The notes under the pieces are model-generated. The model searched no databases and was not told the origin of the DNA. It worked only from the letters and a program-made list of their open reading frames with translations. DNA of 64,000 bases from an uncultured virus (IMG/VR IMGVR_UViG_3300031951_021468) (taxonomy: Duplodnaviria > Heunggongvirae > Uroviricota > Caudoviricetes). How positions within the stretch are numbered: the stretch's first letter is position 1; every line of letters starts with the position of its first letter. Positions 37,068-47,630 of the stretch are shown here, one piece after another. The translations under genes were made by a program, and so were the position numbers. Where the stretch lies: the IMG/VR virus record IMGVR_UViG_3300031951_021468; one strand, written 5' to 3'.

Positions 37068-38294
37068 TTAATCTTTATACGGGTCTCTGATTTCCGATCC
37101 CGCCATACACACAATTAGTGGGCTCAATTGGTGAACAACCTTGATCGTATTTCCATGATGCGCAAGCACTTCGGGTAATCTCTTGTAAACCTCTGGCGCT
37201 TCGTCAGCACCACCGCCACGAAGGATTACACCACTTTCGGAAAGATTCTTTAAAACATTATCCATGTTCACAAGGCCTTCAGAAACTCTGATTTTTTCTC
37301 CGTTCACCCATCTTGTTTTGCCTGCGGCTTGAGTTCTTGACAGTACACGGCCTGCGCCATGTACTGTAGAATAAAGCATTTTCGCAGATTCTTCAGTGTC
37401 AACACCCTCAAGGATCACAGAGTTTTCGCCCATTGATCCGCCGACAAATCCCTTCTGCCCAGGAGCCGCGGGAGTAGCTCCCTTTCTGACTACCCAATAA
37501 TCCGAGCCAAAATGATTCTCCTTCCATGCAAAATTATGGTGATTATGAATCTCTTCCACGATCTGTGCTCCAAGGATAGAAGCCACCTTCTGACACACCC
37601 AGTCTCTTCCTGCATAAGCATACCGTCCTGCTAAATTCATAGCTTGAATATAGTCTTCCCCCAGTGAAGTGTTTACATCCAAAAGACAAGGAGGATCATC
37701 CATGTTACCATTGGGATTTGCACCAGCTTGAGTAATGAACTCAGTGGCAATCTTGTGCCCAAGGCCTCGGCTACCGAAGTGAACACCCACCCATACACAA
37801 TCCTTTTCATCTTTGAACACATCTACATAATGATTACCAGAGCCGATAGTACCAAGTTGTTCTCTAGCAAGAGGCATCAACGATTGAGTTTTACGAAGAA
37901 AGTTAACGTTGCGCCACGCAGCATCATTAAATACATCATGCTCGACACGCTCATTATTCACCCTTCCCACTCCGAATGATAAAGATGCAAAAATTTCATC
38001 AGCGATTTTGGCCAAATCGTCCTTAATTTGATCGTATGTTACATTGAGCTGCACGGCCTTATTACCACACGCAATGTCAAACCCAACTCCCGCAGGGCTG
38101 ATGTGATTTTCATAAGCCACTACGCCGCCAATGGGCATATTCCAACCTTTGTGTCCATCTGCACACAGCACAGCATGCTGCGCATACTCATCTGTAGCGC
38201 AATTCTGAATCTGCTTTATTGTAGCCTCATCGTGGTCGCCTTTGTAAATTATATTTGAAATATGCATACCACTAATACGAAATATTTCTGGCAT
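37068..38294 (-). CDS. rtcB: RNA 2',3'-cyclic phosphate/5'-OH ligase RtcB
   Basis: DGH.G..MPIGG, VGFDIACG, LGTIGSGNHY, HNHHN, RKGAT, HGAGR, DEAPEVYK. Confidence 0.95.
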   Translation of the reverse strand: MPEIFRISGMHISNIIYKGDHDEATIKQIQNCATDEYAQHAVLCADGHKGWNMPIGGVVAYENHISPAGVGFDIACGNKAVQLNVTYDQIKDDLAKIADEIFASLSFGVGRVNNERVEHDVFNDAAWRNVNFLRKTQSLMPLAREQLGTIGSGNHYVDVFKDEKDCVWVGVHFGSRGLGHKIATEFITQAGANPNGNMDDPPCLLDVNTSLGEDYIQAMNLAGRYAYAGRDWVCQKVASILGAQIVEEIHNHHNFAWKENHFGSDYWVVRKGATPAAPGQKGFVGGSMGENSVILEGVDTEESAKMLYSTVHGAGRVLSRTQAAGKTRWVNGEKIRVSEGLVNMDNVLKNLSESGVILRGGGADEAPEVYKRLPEVLAHHGNTIKVVHQLSPLIVCMAGSEIRDPYKD

Positions 38295-38302
38295 TTATCA
38301 GC

Positions 38303-39109
38303 ATGATGTATAAAATACTCATGCTATCTGTCGTCATGGTCACTTATAATCGTGCTCACTTGCTTGAAAGATCACTCAAAGTATACGAATCTCAGCCATA
38401 TAAAGATTTTGAACTAATCATCATAGACGATGATTCAACTGACAACACTCAAGCTGTAATAAAGGAGTATGCTAAAAAGATAGATATTAAGTCGATCATT
38501 GTGAGAAAGCGGGAAAACGTTTGGCGCGATTGTGCAAGAAATATCAACCTTGGTATTCGAGCCGCGAAAGGGAATTTTATTGTGGCAACTCATCCAGAAG
38601 TTATTCCAGGATGGATGACCTTGCAGCATGTTGCCGCAGCCGCGAGAGACGAAGTATATGTAGCAAGTAAGATATATTATCTAAGTCCTCAAGAGCAAGA
38701 AAATTTAGACACCGTGAAATGGTGGGAGAACCCACTGGAAGTCAGAAATCTTGAAGGTTTTTACTCTTCTGATCCTGCTTATAATATGAGTGACTATTCC
38801 CACTCGGCAATGGACAAACATACAGAATGGCAATCCTGGGTTTTCGGAGGTTTATCAAAAAACACGTGGAGACGCATCGGGGGCATGACTGAGTTTGACA
38901 CCTGGGGTTCTATTGATATGGACTTTCTTGGAAGAAGACATCTTCTGGGTATACAAACGGACACATTGATGGACGAAAGAACAATATGTATCCACCAAAA
39001 TCATGATAATCCCGAAAAAGACACTTTAACGCCAAGAGACATGGATGCTGCCCATGCTGCCCTTATTAATTACAGAAGCGCAGCGGAAGCTATTCACAAT
39101 CATGTCTAA
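38303..39109 (+). CDS. GT2 glycosyltransferase
   Basis: SVVMVTYNR...IIDDDSTD. Confidence 0.85.
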   Translation: MMYKILMLSVVMVTYNRAHLLERSLKVYESQPYKDFELIIIDDDSTDNTQAVIKEYAKKIDIKSIIVRKRENVWRDCARNINLGIRAAKGNFIVATHPEVIPGWMTLQHVAAAARDEVYVASKIYYLSPQEQENLDTVKWWENPLEVRNLEGFYSSDPAYNMSDYSHSAMDKHTEWQSWVFGGLSKNTWRRIGGMTEFDTWGSIDMDFLGRRHLLGIQTDTLMDERTICIHQNHDNPEKDTLTPRDMDAAHAALINYRSAAEAIHNHV

Positions 39110-40507
39110 TCATCCCCAGGCAGGAGAACAATTTCTCCAACAAGTCCCATACTGATCTCCACTTCCGCAAGGACATTGGTCAGTTAGCTTGTATTCTTTT
39201 CGGGGTTTGGGTACGCCGATGCTTCGATCATTTAAAATAGTAGCGTCTGGCGCTTTCGTATAGCTAAAGCTATTTTCTCTTATTGTTTTCAGCGTGTATA
39301 CAAGGCTGCTTGCCGAATTACTTACATCACAATTATTATAAACATAGTTTTTAAGCGTCAATCCTCGTAGCTCTCTCTCTTGAGTTTTTCTAATTAACAA
39401 GCTTGTTTTTTCAACCCACTCTTCGGTTGTTTCCGCTATGTATCCTCCGACCCCCTTGGTCTGAAGATGAAATCTATAATAAGGGGCGACTTTACTGGCT
39501 ACATAAGGCACTCCCATTGCTCCCATTTCTATGAGCCTTAAGTCACTTTTGCATCGATTAAATGCACAGTTTTTAATCGGCGCTAAACCAATATCAAAAT
39601 AAGATAACTTTTCTGGATAATATTTGAATGATGTTGGCGGGATTAAAAAATATCTGTTTTCTGCCAACCCCCAGGAGTTCAAACAAAAATGCATAGCCAT
39701 TTCTGGATCGCAATACATTCCTATTAAAGAATTTGGATTCTGTTGAAGAATTGTATTTATTGCATCTGACATTGGCTCCAAATCAGCAATATGCGTAATG
39801 CTGCCCGCCCAGCCCACAACAACTGTGTTTTCATCTACATAGCATCCTTGAGATGCGGCAATTTCATTTCGCTTGGCCTTGGAGGAAGGCGACCAATTTC
39901 TGCACTTAAGGCTCAGGTCCAAGCCATTATGAAGAATGTGACTATGCGGGAATTGTTCTTCATAATAACCTTTAAGCTCTCTGGTTGAGAAAATAACCCC
40001 ATCTGATTCTGCAAGAAAATATTCAAAGTTCCTTAAATTTTTATTCCCAAATTCCGTGTTTATATCAAAAAATCCAAAAGCTGGGTTTTTTACATTAATC
40101 TCATGAAAACAATCATCAATGTCATAAATCAACGTAATGTCATATCTTTTACAGCATGCCCTTATCGCTTCGAACATGTCTCGATCAGAACAACGCGAAA
40201 GAATAACATGGGTTGCTCCCTTGAAAATAATCATATCTAAATCAGATATGTCACCGATGTCAGATATTCTTATTTCTACTCCAAGTTTTTCCAAATGCAT
40301 TAACGGAAATTTCAATCTGTAATGACCACACGCGCCCTTATCAGCAGCAATACCAACAACGCAAAAATTCTCATTAGAAAAACGAGATGCTATTTTATAC
40401 GAATCTTTATTATATAAATTTGGGTCGTCGGGTGCGCCAAATAGTTTTTGCGCAATTCTGCTTGCACCATCTGGTAAACTGCCCTTTATATTTCCCGTAA
40501 TATTCAT
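39110..40507 (-). CDS. GT-B glycosyltransferase with C-terminal SEC-C motif
   Basis: GHYR...YDIDD...VGWAGS.TH..D...DIGLAP...FN.CKS..RLIE; CPCGSG..Y..C. Confidence 0.8.
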   Translation of the reverse strand: MNITGNIKGSLPDGASRIAQKLFGAPDDPNLYNKDSYKIASRFSNENFCVVGIAADKGACGHYRLKFPLMHLEKLGVEIRISDIGDISDLDMIIFKGATHVILSRCSDRDMFEAIRACCKRYDITLIYDIDDCFHEINVKNPAFGFFDINTEFGNKNLRNFEYFLAESDGVIFSTRELKGYYEEQFPHSHILHNGLDLSLKCRNWSPSSKAKRNEIAASQGCYVDENTVVVGWAGSITHIADLEPMSDAINTILQQNPNSLIGMYCDPEMAMHFCLNSWGLAENRYFLIPPTSFKYYPEKLSYFDIGLAPIKNCAFNRCKSDLRLIEMGAMGVPYVASKVAPYYRFHLQTKGVGGYIAETTEEWVEKTSLLIRKTQERELRGLTLKNYVYNNCDVSNSASSLVYTLKTIRENSFSYTKAPDATILNDRSIGVPKPRKEYKLTDQCPCGSGDQYGTCWRNCSPAWG

Positions 40508-40555
40508 ATTGATTATTTGCTTCTTTATACAATCAATAATTTGTAAAATAAACAT

Positions 40556-41392
40556 ATGGCTTCTAATTTAATAATTATTTTTTGCCGAACTCATGAAGAG
40601 GCTTCTTATGCTGGCGCAAAACTTGGCCATATTGAAAACACAGATAGGTTTTTTATATTTCTTGGTCACACGCCAAGTGCTTCGGAAATATCATGGATGA
40701 CCGAGGCGGACAGGACAATGAATCTTGAAAGGGTTATTGAACATCCATTGTGCGAGGAATTGGCTGTAAAAACTGGAGTAATATATTCAAATTTTACTCA
40801 TTGGAATTTGTTGTTTTGCTGGGCTCATGAATGTCCGTCCAAGGATAACATTCTCGATTGTTTAAAACAAATAAGCTCTTCATCAGCTTATTATGAAAAT
40901 GAGTTTGTTTGGGGCAATATTAGAGAAAACATTATCATTGATGGATTTGAAGCCGTATATAGAAAAAAACAAATCTTAGAAAATCAAAATAATCAATCGG
41001 ATAGCGAGTTTGATTTTATAATGGCGATGAATGGCATAGAAGCTAGCACAAATTCGGTTATAAAATCAATCGCAGAAACAGCATCAATGACAAGTGTTGG
41101 ACTGCACCCATTGAGTAAATCAAACACTAAATTTATAAACGAAATTCAAATGATTTCCCTAATAGCAGGGAATTTTGTTCAAGAAAATCCATCAACATAT
41201 ATCATCTGCCATTCTGGTAACGTGAGCGCCACTGCCGAAACAATCGCCACCTTGCCGCCCCAAAAAACGGCTATAGTTTTTACTGAAATTTCGGATGAGG
41301 CAAGTATTATAGCCTCATCCGAAATCAAGCCCTATCGAGTACTGAAAAGCAAAGACGGGTTCAGTGTGCTTCTGTTCAAGATTCAATCATGA
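40556..41392 (+). CDS. Hypothetical protein
   Basis: 278-aa ORF. Confidence 0.7.
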   Translation: MASNLIIIFCRTHEEASYAGAKLGHIENTDRFFIFLGHTPSASEISWMTEADRTMNLERVIEHPLCEELAVKTGVIYSNFTHWNLLFCWAHECPSKDNILDCLKQISSSSAYYENEFVWGNIRENIIIDGFEAVYRKKQILENQNNQSDSEFDFIMAMNGIEASTNSVIKSIAETASMTSVGLHPLSKSNTKFINEIQMISLIAGNFVQENPSTYIICHSGNVSATAETIATLPPQKTAIVFTEISDEASIIASSEIKPYRVLKSKDGFSVLLFKIQS

Positions 41393-41394
41393 AA

Positions 41395-42945
41395 TTATTC
41401 TGGCTCTGCAGTACCTTCCAGAACTAATCCTTTAAGCTCTGGGAATTCTTCATAAAATAGTTCAAGCATATCAAAACAATGCTTTGCGTATCTGTAATGC
41501 GAACCTATTCCTGTTCGAAGTTCCATTTCATAAATGAATTTATCTGCAGTTGTTTGATGTTCAAATGGAAACTGAGTCCCAAGGTAAGTCCAATAAATAT
41601 AATGATATGATCCGTGAATTAACATCTCAGCAGCATCTAAAGAGGCATTACGCCCCCAAAAAGCTGCTTCTATCATATCGTTATCATTGACTCCTTCGGG
41701 AATTTGATCTAGGGCAGCATAAAAACCTACGGGTACAAGTGGGCAATATTTGTTTCCCGTCCTGTGTCTATTTAAGTCACGAATTTCAGCCATTGCAACA
41801 GCGTCCCACCAGAATGTAACCCATGTTCTTTCTAAAGCGCTGCCGACCAAAGAATAGCGATTCGTTCTATGCACAAGAGCTTTTTGAAATTCGCTCTTAG
41901 TAAGAGGCGGGGCGGATATTCTAATATTTGCCTTTGGATTAGCAGCGGAACCAACGCCATGTTCTAATTCTAATGGATAAAGCAAAATATCTAGGATCAT
42001 GTCTTTCCAATTGTTAATTTCATCAATCAAGACCAATTTAGTTGATTCTGTAGGCTTCGTGTGCTTAAGTAGTCTCGGGGTGGCAAGAGCCATTTCTTTG
42101 GCGATATTCTCGCCAAGAGTTACTAATTCGGGCCAGGGAGTAGACTGCAAATAAGATGCTGTAGAGGCCCAGGCACGAGCTGATTGAATCATCATGACAT
42201 TCGTTGCAGCTGCAACAGGTAAGTAAACTCTGGCCCTATCGAACGCATAGTTCCTCAGCATTCGATCAACTTTCTTCTTGTCTTTTTCATCTGTACTCTC
42301 AAGAAGAGATTTTGGTATTTTTGTAATTTCTGGATTTTCTTGAGCTAATTTTTCCCAAAACTCCAATGCTTTTTGATACAACTCAAAAGCCTTAAGCATT
42401 TCTTTCTCCCATTCTTCATGAAGGTGTTCAGGTATTCCTAGTACATGGGGTGAGACTAAGCCAGAGGCGTTTTGTTTAATATATCTAGTCGAAGATTCTT
42501 GCCCACTTGCAACAGGGCATATAGACCATAGATAATATGCAGCAAAAATTGATATTCCATCTATGAAAATCGCCACAGGAGCCATATCGGCAATACTGGC
42601 GTGGCCGTAGTCCACCATCTTGAAAATTGAATCCACCCCCTTGTCCAGCTTAGCATCGCGAATCTGTCTTATACGCTGCGCATGTTCATCAAACGCAATC
42701 ACCAAGTCATTGAATTCGCAATCTCCCTGATCATGGCGCTCTGATTGCTCAAGCATCCATTCTGCAACACTAGACATGACTTCGTCTCGATTTCCAAAGT
42801 CGATATTGGCAATGATGGAATCCAATCCCTCGTTATTGCGAGAATATCTGGCCCCTGTCGCAGCAAGTAATTCAGGAGTAAGAGCGGGTCGGCCAGCTAG
42901 TGCAGCTTGTTCTGATGGAATTATAGATACTTGAGTAACTTTCAT
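41395..42945 (-). CDS. thyX: FAD-dependent thymidylate synthase-like protein (duplicated ThyX)
   Basis: ARYSR, YGHASIA, ESSTRY, DRAR..LP, RDLNRHR. Confidence 0.8.
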   Translation of the reverse strand: MKVTQVSIIPSEQAALAGRPALTPELLAATGARYSRNNEGLDSIIANIDFGNRDEVMSSVAEWMLEQSERHDQGDCEFNDLVIAFDEHAQRIRQIRDAKLDKGVDSIFKMVDYGHASIADMAPVAIFIDGISIFAAYYLWSICPVASGQESSTRYIKQNASGLVSPHVLGIPEHLHEEWEKEMLKAFELYQKALEFWEKLAQENPEITKIPKSLLESTDEKDKKKVDRMLRNYAFDRARVYLPVAAATNVMMIQSARAWASTASYLQSTPWPELVTLGENIAKEMALATPRLLKHTKPTESTKLVLIDEINNWKDMILDILLYPLELEHGVGSAANPKANIRISAPPLTKSEFQKALVHRTNRYSLVGSALERTWVTFWWDAVAMAEIRDLNRHRTGNKYCPLVPVGFYAALDQIPEGVNDNDMIEAAFWGRNASLDAAEMLIHGSYHYIYWTYLGTQFPFEHQTTADKFIYEMELRTGIGSHYRYAKHCFDMLELFYEEFPELKGLVLEGTAEPE

Positions 42946-42957
42946 ATTTTTCTCTTT

Positions 42958-43947
42958 TTACTTTTTAATTAATTGTTGATTTTTGACACATTTAAGCATA
43001 TCATTAAGTAGGGCGATAGGGCCTTCTGTGAAATGCTTGGAGGAACAGGCTGCTCCAGCGGCACAGGGGTGACCGCCACCATTTTGATGAATAAATGATG
43101 CGATTTTATTTACCCCAAATCCGACAATTTCTATTGTTTCTTCATTTGTTCTAAAAGATATTTCCTTTCTGTTCAAATCAATAAAACCAATAAGACTAGG
43201 ACCTTTTTCTTTGAGGATTCTTTCTCCAGTTTCTGAAATTGCACCCAAGGCAAAACATGCACAAACATTAACCCCATTAACAACTTCCGTCAAAAGTGTT
43301 TTTTGGGCCATGTCATATGATAAGTTTAATTTTTCTTCAAACTTACTCACAGAATCAGTCCATTGTTTCGGGAAATTAGATATGTGTATTTTTTCTGGAT
43401 TTTTAATAAGTTCAAAAAAAACATGTTCTGCGCCCAAATCATCAATAACACATGATATAGCACAGCCATTTGGGTCATCTTTAATCCATAAGTCTCTGCT
43501 ATGAGTTGCTGAAACTATGGGGGCCATAAGCTTTAAAAAATCTTCAGTTGGCGGTGGAAGCTCCGTGGATTCAGACAAACTACTCAAATAAGCGTAAATT
43601 ATATCCGCCGTGCACATTTTTCCTGAATCATCAAAAAAAATACTTGCGGAGTTAGCCCAATGCTCAAAACATTTTCTTGAACTTGAATGATGATCGAAAA
43701 AAAATATTTTGATTGATTTTAGTTTATCAATCAAATCAATATTATTTTCCTTCCATGATAAATCACATATCCAGATTTCATCTGCAAAATCAGAATTACT
43801 CAAAACTTTTTCTTGAGCATTTTCGTAATCTGCAAACACAACATTGGGCAATATCCCTCTGAACTCCTTGAAATATGCAGTTAACAAAACTGCTGAAGCG
43901 ACTCCATCAAGATCAGCGATATGCGATACTATTAATACACTTGACAT
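42958..43947 (-). CDS. DHH/DHHA1 phosphoesterase (NrnB-like)
   Basis: SH.ADLDG, CDL, FDHH, RDLW, GGGHPCAAG. Confidence 0.88.
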   Translation of the reverse strand: MSSVLIVSHIADLDGVASAVLLTAYFKEFRGILPNVVFADYENAQEKVLSNSDFADEIWICDLSWKENNIDLIDKLKSIKIFFFDHHSSSRKCFEHWANSASIFFDDSGKMCTADIIYAYLSSLSESTELPPPTEDFLKLMAPIVSATHSRDLWIKDDPNGCAISCVIDDLGAEHVFFELIKNPEKIHISNFPKQWTDSVSKFEEKLNLSYDMAQKTLLTEVVNGVNVCACFALGAISETGERILKEKGPSLIGFIDLNRKEISFRTNEETIEIVGFGVNKIASFIHQNGGGHPCAAGAACSSKHFTEGPIALLNDMLKCVKNQQLIKK

Positions 43948-44189
43948 AAATTAAAACCAAGGGGTATCCACATGGAACTCAGAGCGCCTCATGCCTTTTT
44001 CAAGACGATAATTCCAGAGTATACCCCCTCAGCAACCATGATTACCCAAAGCTGCTAAATCTATATACGTTAATTTTACAGCAAAATAATCACGTGATGA
44101 GCCAAAAATAGTTATTTTACAAATAACAGGATCGGTTCGCAGAAAAGCAGAACAATAATGACGTATCCAAGGCTGGAGAAAAAGGTTTC

Positions 44190-45134
44190 ATGAATTACAT
44201 TCAATCTATAATAAATCAAAATTCCGTCATAAGTAAAGTTGCCAGTGCGCCAGCTTCATTGGCGGGGGCAACGGAAGTATACATTAGCATCGGTGGATGG
44301 CCAAAAAGCAGCACTGTTGATAGAATTATTCTGTCGGCAAATAACAGCATTGCCAACGTAACGGTGACAGTGTTGACAGACTCTGCGCTCTACAGAGCCG
44401 CCAGCGCAACGAACAAGCCACTTTACATAGCAGGATCAGCCTCGGGAAGTATGGCTAATAATATGCTTGTATTAGATTTAAGTGAATGTTTTGTTGAAGA
44501 TGTAAGAAATGTTGGTGTTCTACATCTTAGGATTTCTGCTGCATCGATCACAACAGGCACTGTATTTACTGTTCGAGCCGAAGGGAAGAGAAGCTTCCCA
44601 ACAACTGCCAACAGGGGGGATAGCACTGGGATAGCACGTGATCTAAGCTTCAAAGTCGTTCATGAAGATAGTGGCACGGGGGCGCTGACTGACATCACAA
44701 GCGCCATGACCCTACATGGGGGAGAAAATTTTCCACTTAATAATGCAAATGATTATGTTTATGTAGGGTCAGAAAAACCTCAAAACAAATGGCTATTTGA
44801 ATTTTCAACCGTATCCACAGGTTCAAATTCTGCATTAACTGCGGAGGTATGGAATGGGTCCGCATGGGTAGTGGCAGGTTCGGTTCTTGATAATACGTCG
44901 GACGGTATGTCTTCTCCAGGATCATTTAGATTTGACGGAGTTGTTTTGATTAATGCTGCTACTTGGGTGAAAAGGCAAATTAATGATTCGATCAATGATA
45001 TTATTAACGATGTAACTAACGGGAACACGCAGCCACCTACGCTTTTAAGCAATCCATTAAGGTTTTGGGCAAGATTTAAAATCAATATCACAAGTGGCGA
45101 AGCAAGATTTCAGTCCATCAGACCAGTTGAATAA
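44190..45134 (+). CDS. Hypothetical protein, probable virion component
   Basis: 314 aa, beta-rich, EVWNGSAW motif. Confidence 0.7.
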   Translation: MNYIQSIINQNSVISKVASAPASLAGATEVYISIGGWPKSSTVDRIILSANNSIANVTVTVLTDSALYRAASATNKPLYIAGSASGSMANNMLVLDLSECFVEDVRNVGVLHLRISAASITTGTVFTVRAEGKRSFPTTANRGDSTGIARDLSFKVVHEDSGTGALTDITSAMTLHGGENFPLNNANDYVYVGSEKPQNKWLFEFSTVSTGSNSALTAEVWNGSAWVVAGSVLDNTSDGMSSPGSFRFDGVVLINAATWVKRQINDSINDIINDVTNGNTQPPTLLSNPLRFWARFKINITSGEARFQSIRPVE

Positions 45135-45306
45135 TGATCATTAATAAATGATTAGAATAATGATCATTATTAATATGCCTTAAGTAGGGTGTAAAAAAAC
45201 AGACAAAATTTCTGATTTTTTACACAAAATATTTTCACATTAAAAAAATAATGAAAATACACGATGATAAAATATCCATTCTTGACCCAATGGATATTTT
45301 TTAACT

Positions 45307-45660
45307 ATGATACACATCGTACACAGAGGAACTGGCGGTAAGTACACTAATTACGCAAAAGACTCAATAAAGAAAATTTCACGACTTCGGCAAGCAGATT
45401 TAAGTAGTGATATGCCAGCCAAACCAGGTTTTAAAGTTTCTATTTGCAACTCGGGGCAGCCATTAACAGAAAACAAGATCAAAGAAATTCTTGCACGAGA
45501 TTGTGTTACATTTTTTGTTGGAGATTCGCGAGGCCTGCCAAAAGAAATTATAGAGTCATCAGATGAAGTGGTCTCTGTAAGTGAATTGTCTATTCCCCAC
45601 CAGATTCAAACCGCGATCATTCTTGATCAATTGGAAAATTTAATTATCCAAGGACATTAA
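45307..45660 (+). CDS. Minimal SPOUT methyltransferase, RlmH-like
   Basis: TFFVGDSRGL...SDEVVSVSELSIPHQI..AIILDQL. Confidence 0.65.
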   Translation: MIHIVHRGTGGKYTNYAKDSIKKISRLRQADLSSDMPAKPGFKVSICNSGQPLTENKIKEILARDCVTFFVGDSRGLPKEIIESSDEVVSVSELSIPHQIQTAIILDQLENLIIQGH

Positions 45661-45684
45661 GTTTAATGTATAAGAGAAACAATT

Positions 45685-46032
45685 ATGAAATCAAATAATA
45701 AAACTTCCGAAATTTTTCTTGACGCCGCTGATGCCACTGATGATATTACTGAATCTCAAAATCGTCAGGTATTGGAAGCAATCAAAAACCTCAACGCAGA
45801 AGAATTCCTGGAATTAATTGAATACTGCCTTGATACAACTGAGGTTGTACTTGAGGGTATCGAAATGGCAAATCAGGTAGACGTCGGTGCAGCGGCTTTA
45901 ATTTCTGCGCTTGTCAGAACGAGAAATGGACTTGCAAATACCGTGACTTGGGTATCTTCAAGATTTGAGACTGAGTTAAACGATGTCACAGAAGCCAATC
46001 AAAAGAACACGTCAACTGACGAATACCTTTAA
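45685..46032 (+). CDS. Hypothetical protein
   Basis: 115-aa ORF. Confidence 0.7.
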   Translation: MKSNNKTSEIFLDAADATDDITESQNRQVLEAIKNLNAEEFLELIEYCLDTTEVVLEGIEMANQVDVGAAALISALVRTRNGLANTVTWVSSRFETELNDVTEANQKNTSTDEYL

Positions 46033-46035
46033 ATC

Positions 46036-46383
46036 ATGATATTTAAAGAGCAAGATATAGAATTTTTAACAAAAGTTGCACAAATTAGCAAAAAAATGGG
46101 CGGAGAACATTTTGTTAGTAATTCCACTGGGCTTACTATAGTAAAAGTTAATGATTCTAATTATGTTCCGATTGGCTGTCCGCTTTGCTTAATGGGTAAA
46201 AGGGGACAGGGGTCATTGGGGCAACCTACAATTAACAATATTAATCTAATCGCGGGAGAAAATGCAGAAGAAATTTCTTCAGAAATCCCACAGGAAATTA
46301 TGGTAAATATTTGGCTGTGTCCTCAGTGCAGAATGCCCCAAAAAGAGTTTGTTCCAAATTTCAAAGGCCCAGGTTTTAATTAA
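46036..46383 (+). CDS. Hypothetical zinc-binding protein
   Basis: CPLC...CPQC. Confidence 0.7.
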   Translation: MIFKEQDIEFLTKVAQISKKMGGEHFVSNSTGLTIVKVNDSNYVPIGCPLCLMGKRGQGSLGQPTINNINLIAGENAEEISSEIPQEIMVNIWLCPQCRMPQKEFVPNFKGPGFN

Positions 46384-46399
46384 ATGGAAGTAAAGTGTT

Positions 46400-46831
46400 A
46401 TGTCAGCCTATAAAAGAATAGAATGCAGCCTAGTAGACAAAGATGCTTTGTTATCGGCCTTAAAAGAGCTGGGATTAATCCCTAAAGTTTATGAAAACCC
46501 TCAGTCCCTCAGCGGCTTTGAAGGCACACTAAGAGAACAGAAGGCAGAAATTATAGTGGGTAAACATCAGCTGAACAAGGCTTTCACTGGGGCTTCAAAT
46601 GATCTTGGCTTTGCTTTTGACGAGCAAAAGGGAGAGTTTGTGATGTTTTGTTCTGATTATGATAAGGCATGCATGATCGATCAAAGAGTAAAGCAAGCTT
46701 ATGCAAAAGTTGTCATTGAAAAGGCGCTAAAGTCACAAGGCTTTAAAACGAAGGTCACGCTTAAGGATGATATCGGTTTAACGTCTAGAACAAGGACAAA
46801 AATAAATATGCGCAGCAAAAAGGTGATATAA
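46400..46831 (+). CDS. DUF1257-like protein
   Basis: MSAY..IE...D...L..AL.ELG...NDLGF...QAYA...QGF. Confidence 0.7.
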   Translation: MSAYKRIECSLVDKDALLSALKELGLIPKVYENPQSLSGFEGTLREQKAEIIVGKHQLNKAFTGASNDLGFAFDEQKGEFVMFCSDYDKACMIDQRVKQAYAKVVIEKALKSQGFKTKVTLKDDIGLTSRTRTKINMRSKKVI

Positions 46832-47034
46832 TGGCTAAAGAAGTTTATCTTGAAGTTGAAATAGATGAAAAAGGAAATGTACATGTTGTGCCCAATGGTA
46901 CTCAAGGCGCAGAGTGTATTGAGTTAATGGCTTTTCTTGATAAAATAAAAGGTTTTAACGTGCTTGAAACAACACCAAATGAGGACATGAAAGAAAAGAA
47001 AGTCCAAAGAGTTGGAAAACAAAAAAGAGCTTAA
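46831..47034 (+). CDS. DUF2997-like protein
   Basis: EIDEKGNV...G..G.EC; usual neighbour of DUF1257. Confidence 0.7.
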   Translation: MAKEVYLEVEIDEKGNVHVVPNGTQGAECIELMAFLDKIKGFNVLETTPNEDMKEKKVQRVGKQKRA

Positions 47035-47630
47035 AATGCCAAAAACATACTTGATTGATTAGCTGAGTAAGGTGGTGTGTAATACACTCTTGACTCAACA
47101 ATATCTATGAAGTGTGACTGGCCTGGCACACCGATTCTCCCAGTGGCCGTAGTTACGCCAACGGCTACTCCAAAACCACTACTCAAAATATCCGATTGTG
47201 TAAAAGTCGTGCCACCAAGATAAGTTGAATTACCAAGCGTGTCTTCGATCTCAGAGGTGGTCCAGTCGCCAGATTTTGTTGTATTTGTCGTTTGGACAGT
47301 TCCTCCCTTAACAACTCTGTAATTTGTATCCACGACCACAGGTTCGGTTCCAGAAACTCTATACCTTCGAAGCCTAATTTCTATGCCATCAATTGTTGAC
47401 CCCGATGGGACATCACTTGATGTGAACCCAAAATTTGTGCATCTTAGTAAGTGCGACGTTTCGCCTTGTGATGCAGTCGTGGCTGCGAAAACATCATTGT
47501 TCGAAGACACTTCTGTTCCAACAAGTGTCCCCGAAGATGTTGTAAGCCACGATTTTGTTCCCATCGTGCTATCTGTGGCACACGTTCCAGCGGGCTTCCA
47601 AACGGTTACGGCCATGGCCTGGACCTCCAT
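47031..47630 (-). CDS. Hypothetical virion-associated protein
   Basis: TNFGF...PSGSTIDGIE...SSGFGV pattern. Confidence 0.7.
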   Translation of the reverse strand: MEVQAMAVTVWKPAGTCATDSTMGTKSWLTTSSGTLVGTEVSSNNDVFAATTASQGETSHLLRCTNFGFTSSDVPSGSTIDGIEIRLRRYRVSGTEPVVVDTNYRVVKGGTVQTTNTTKSGDWTTSEIEDTLGNSTYLGGTTFTQSDILSSGFGVAVGVTTATGRIGVPGQSHFIDIVESRVYYTPPYSANQSSMFLAF

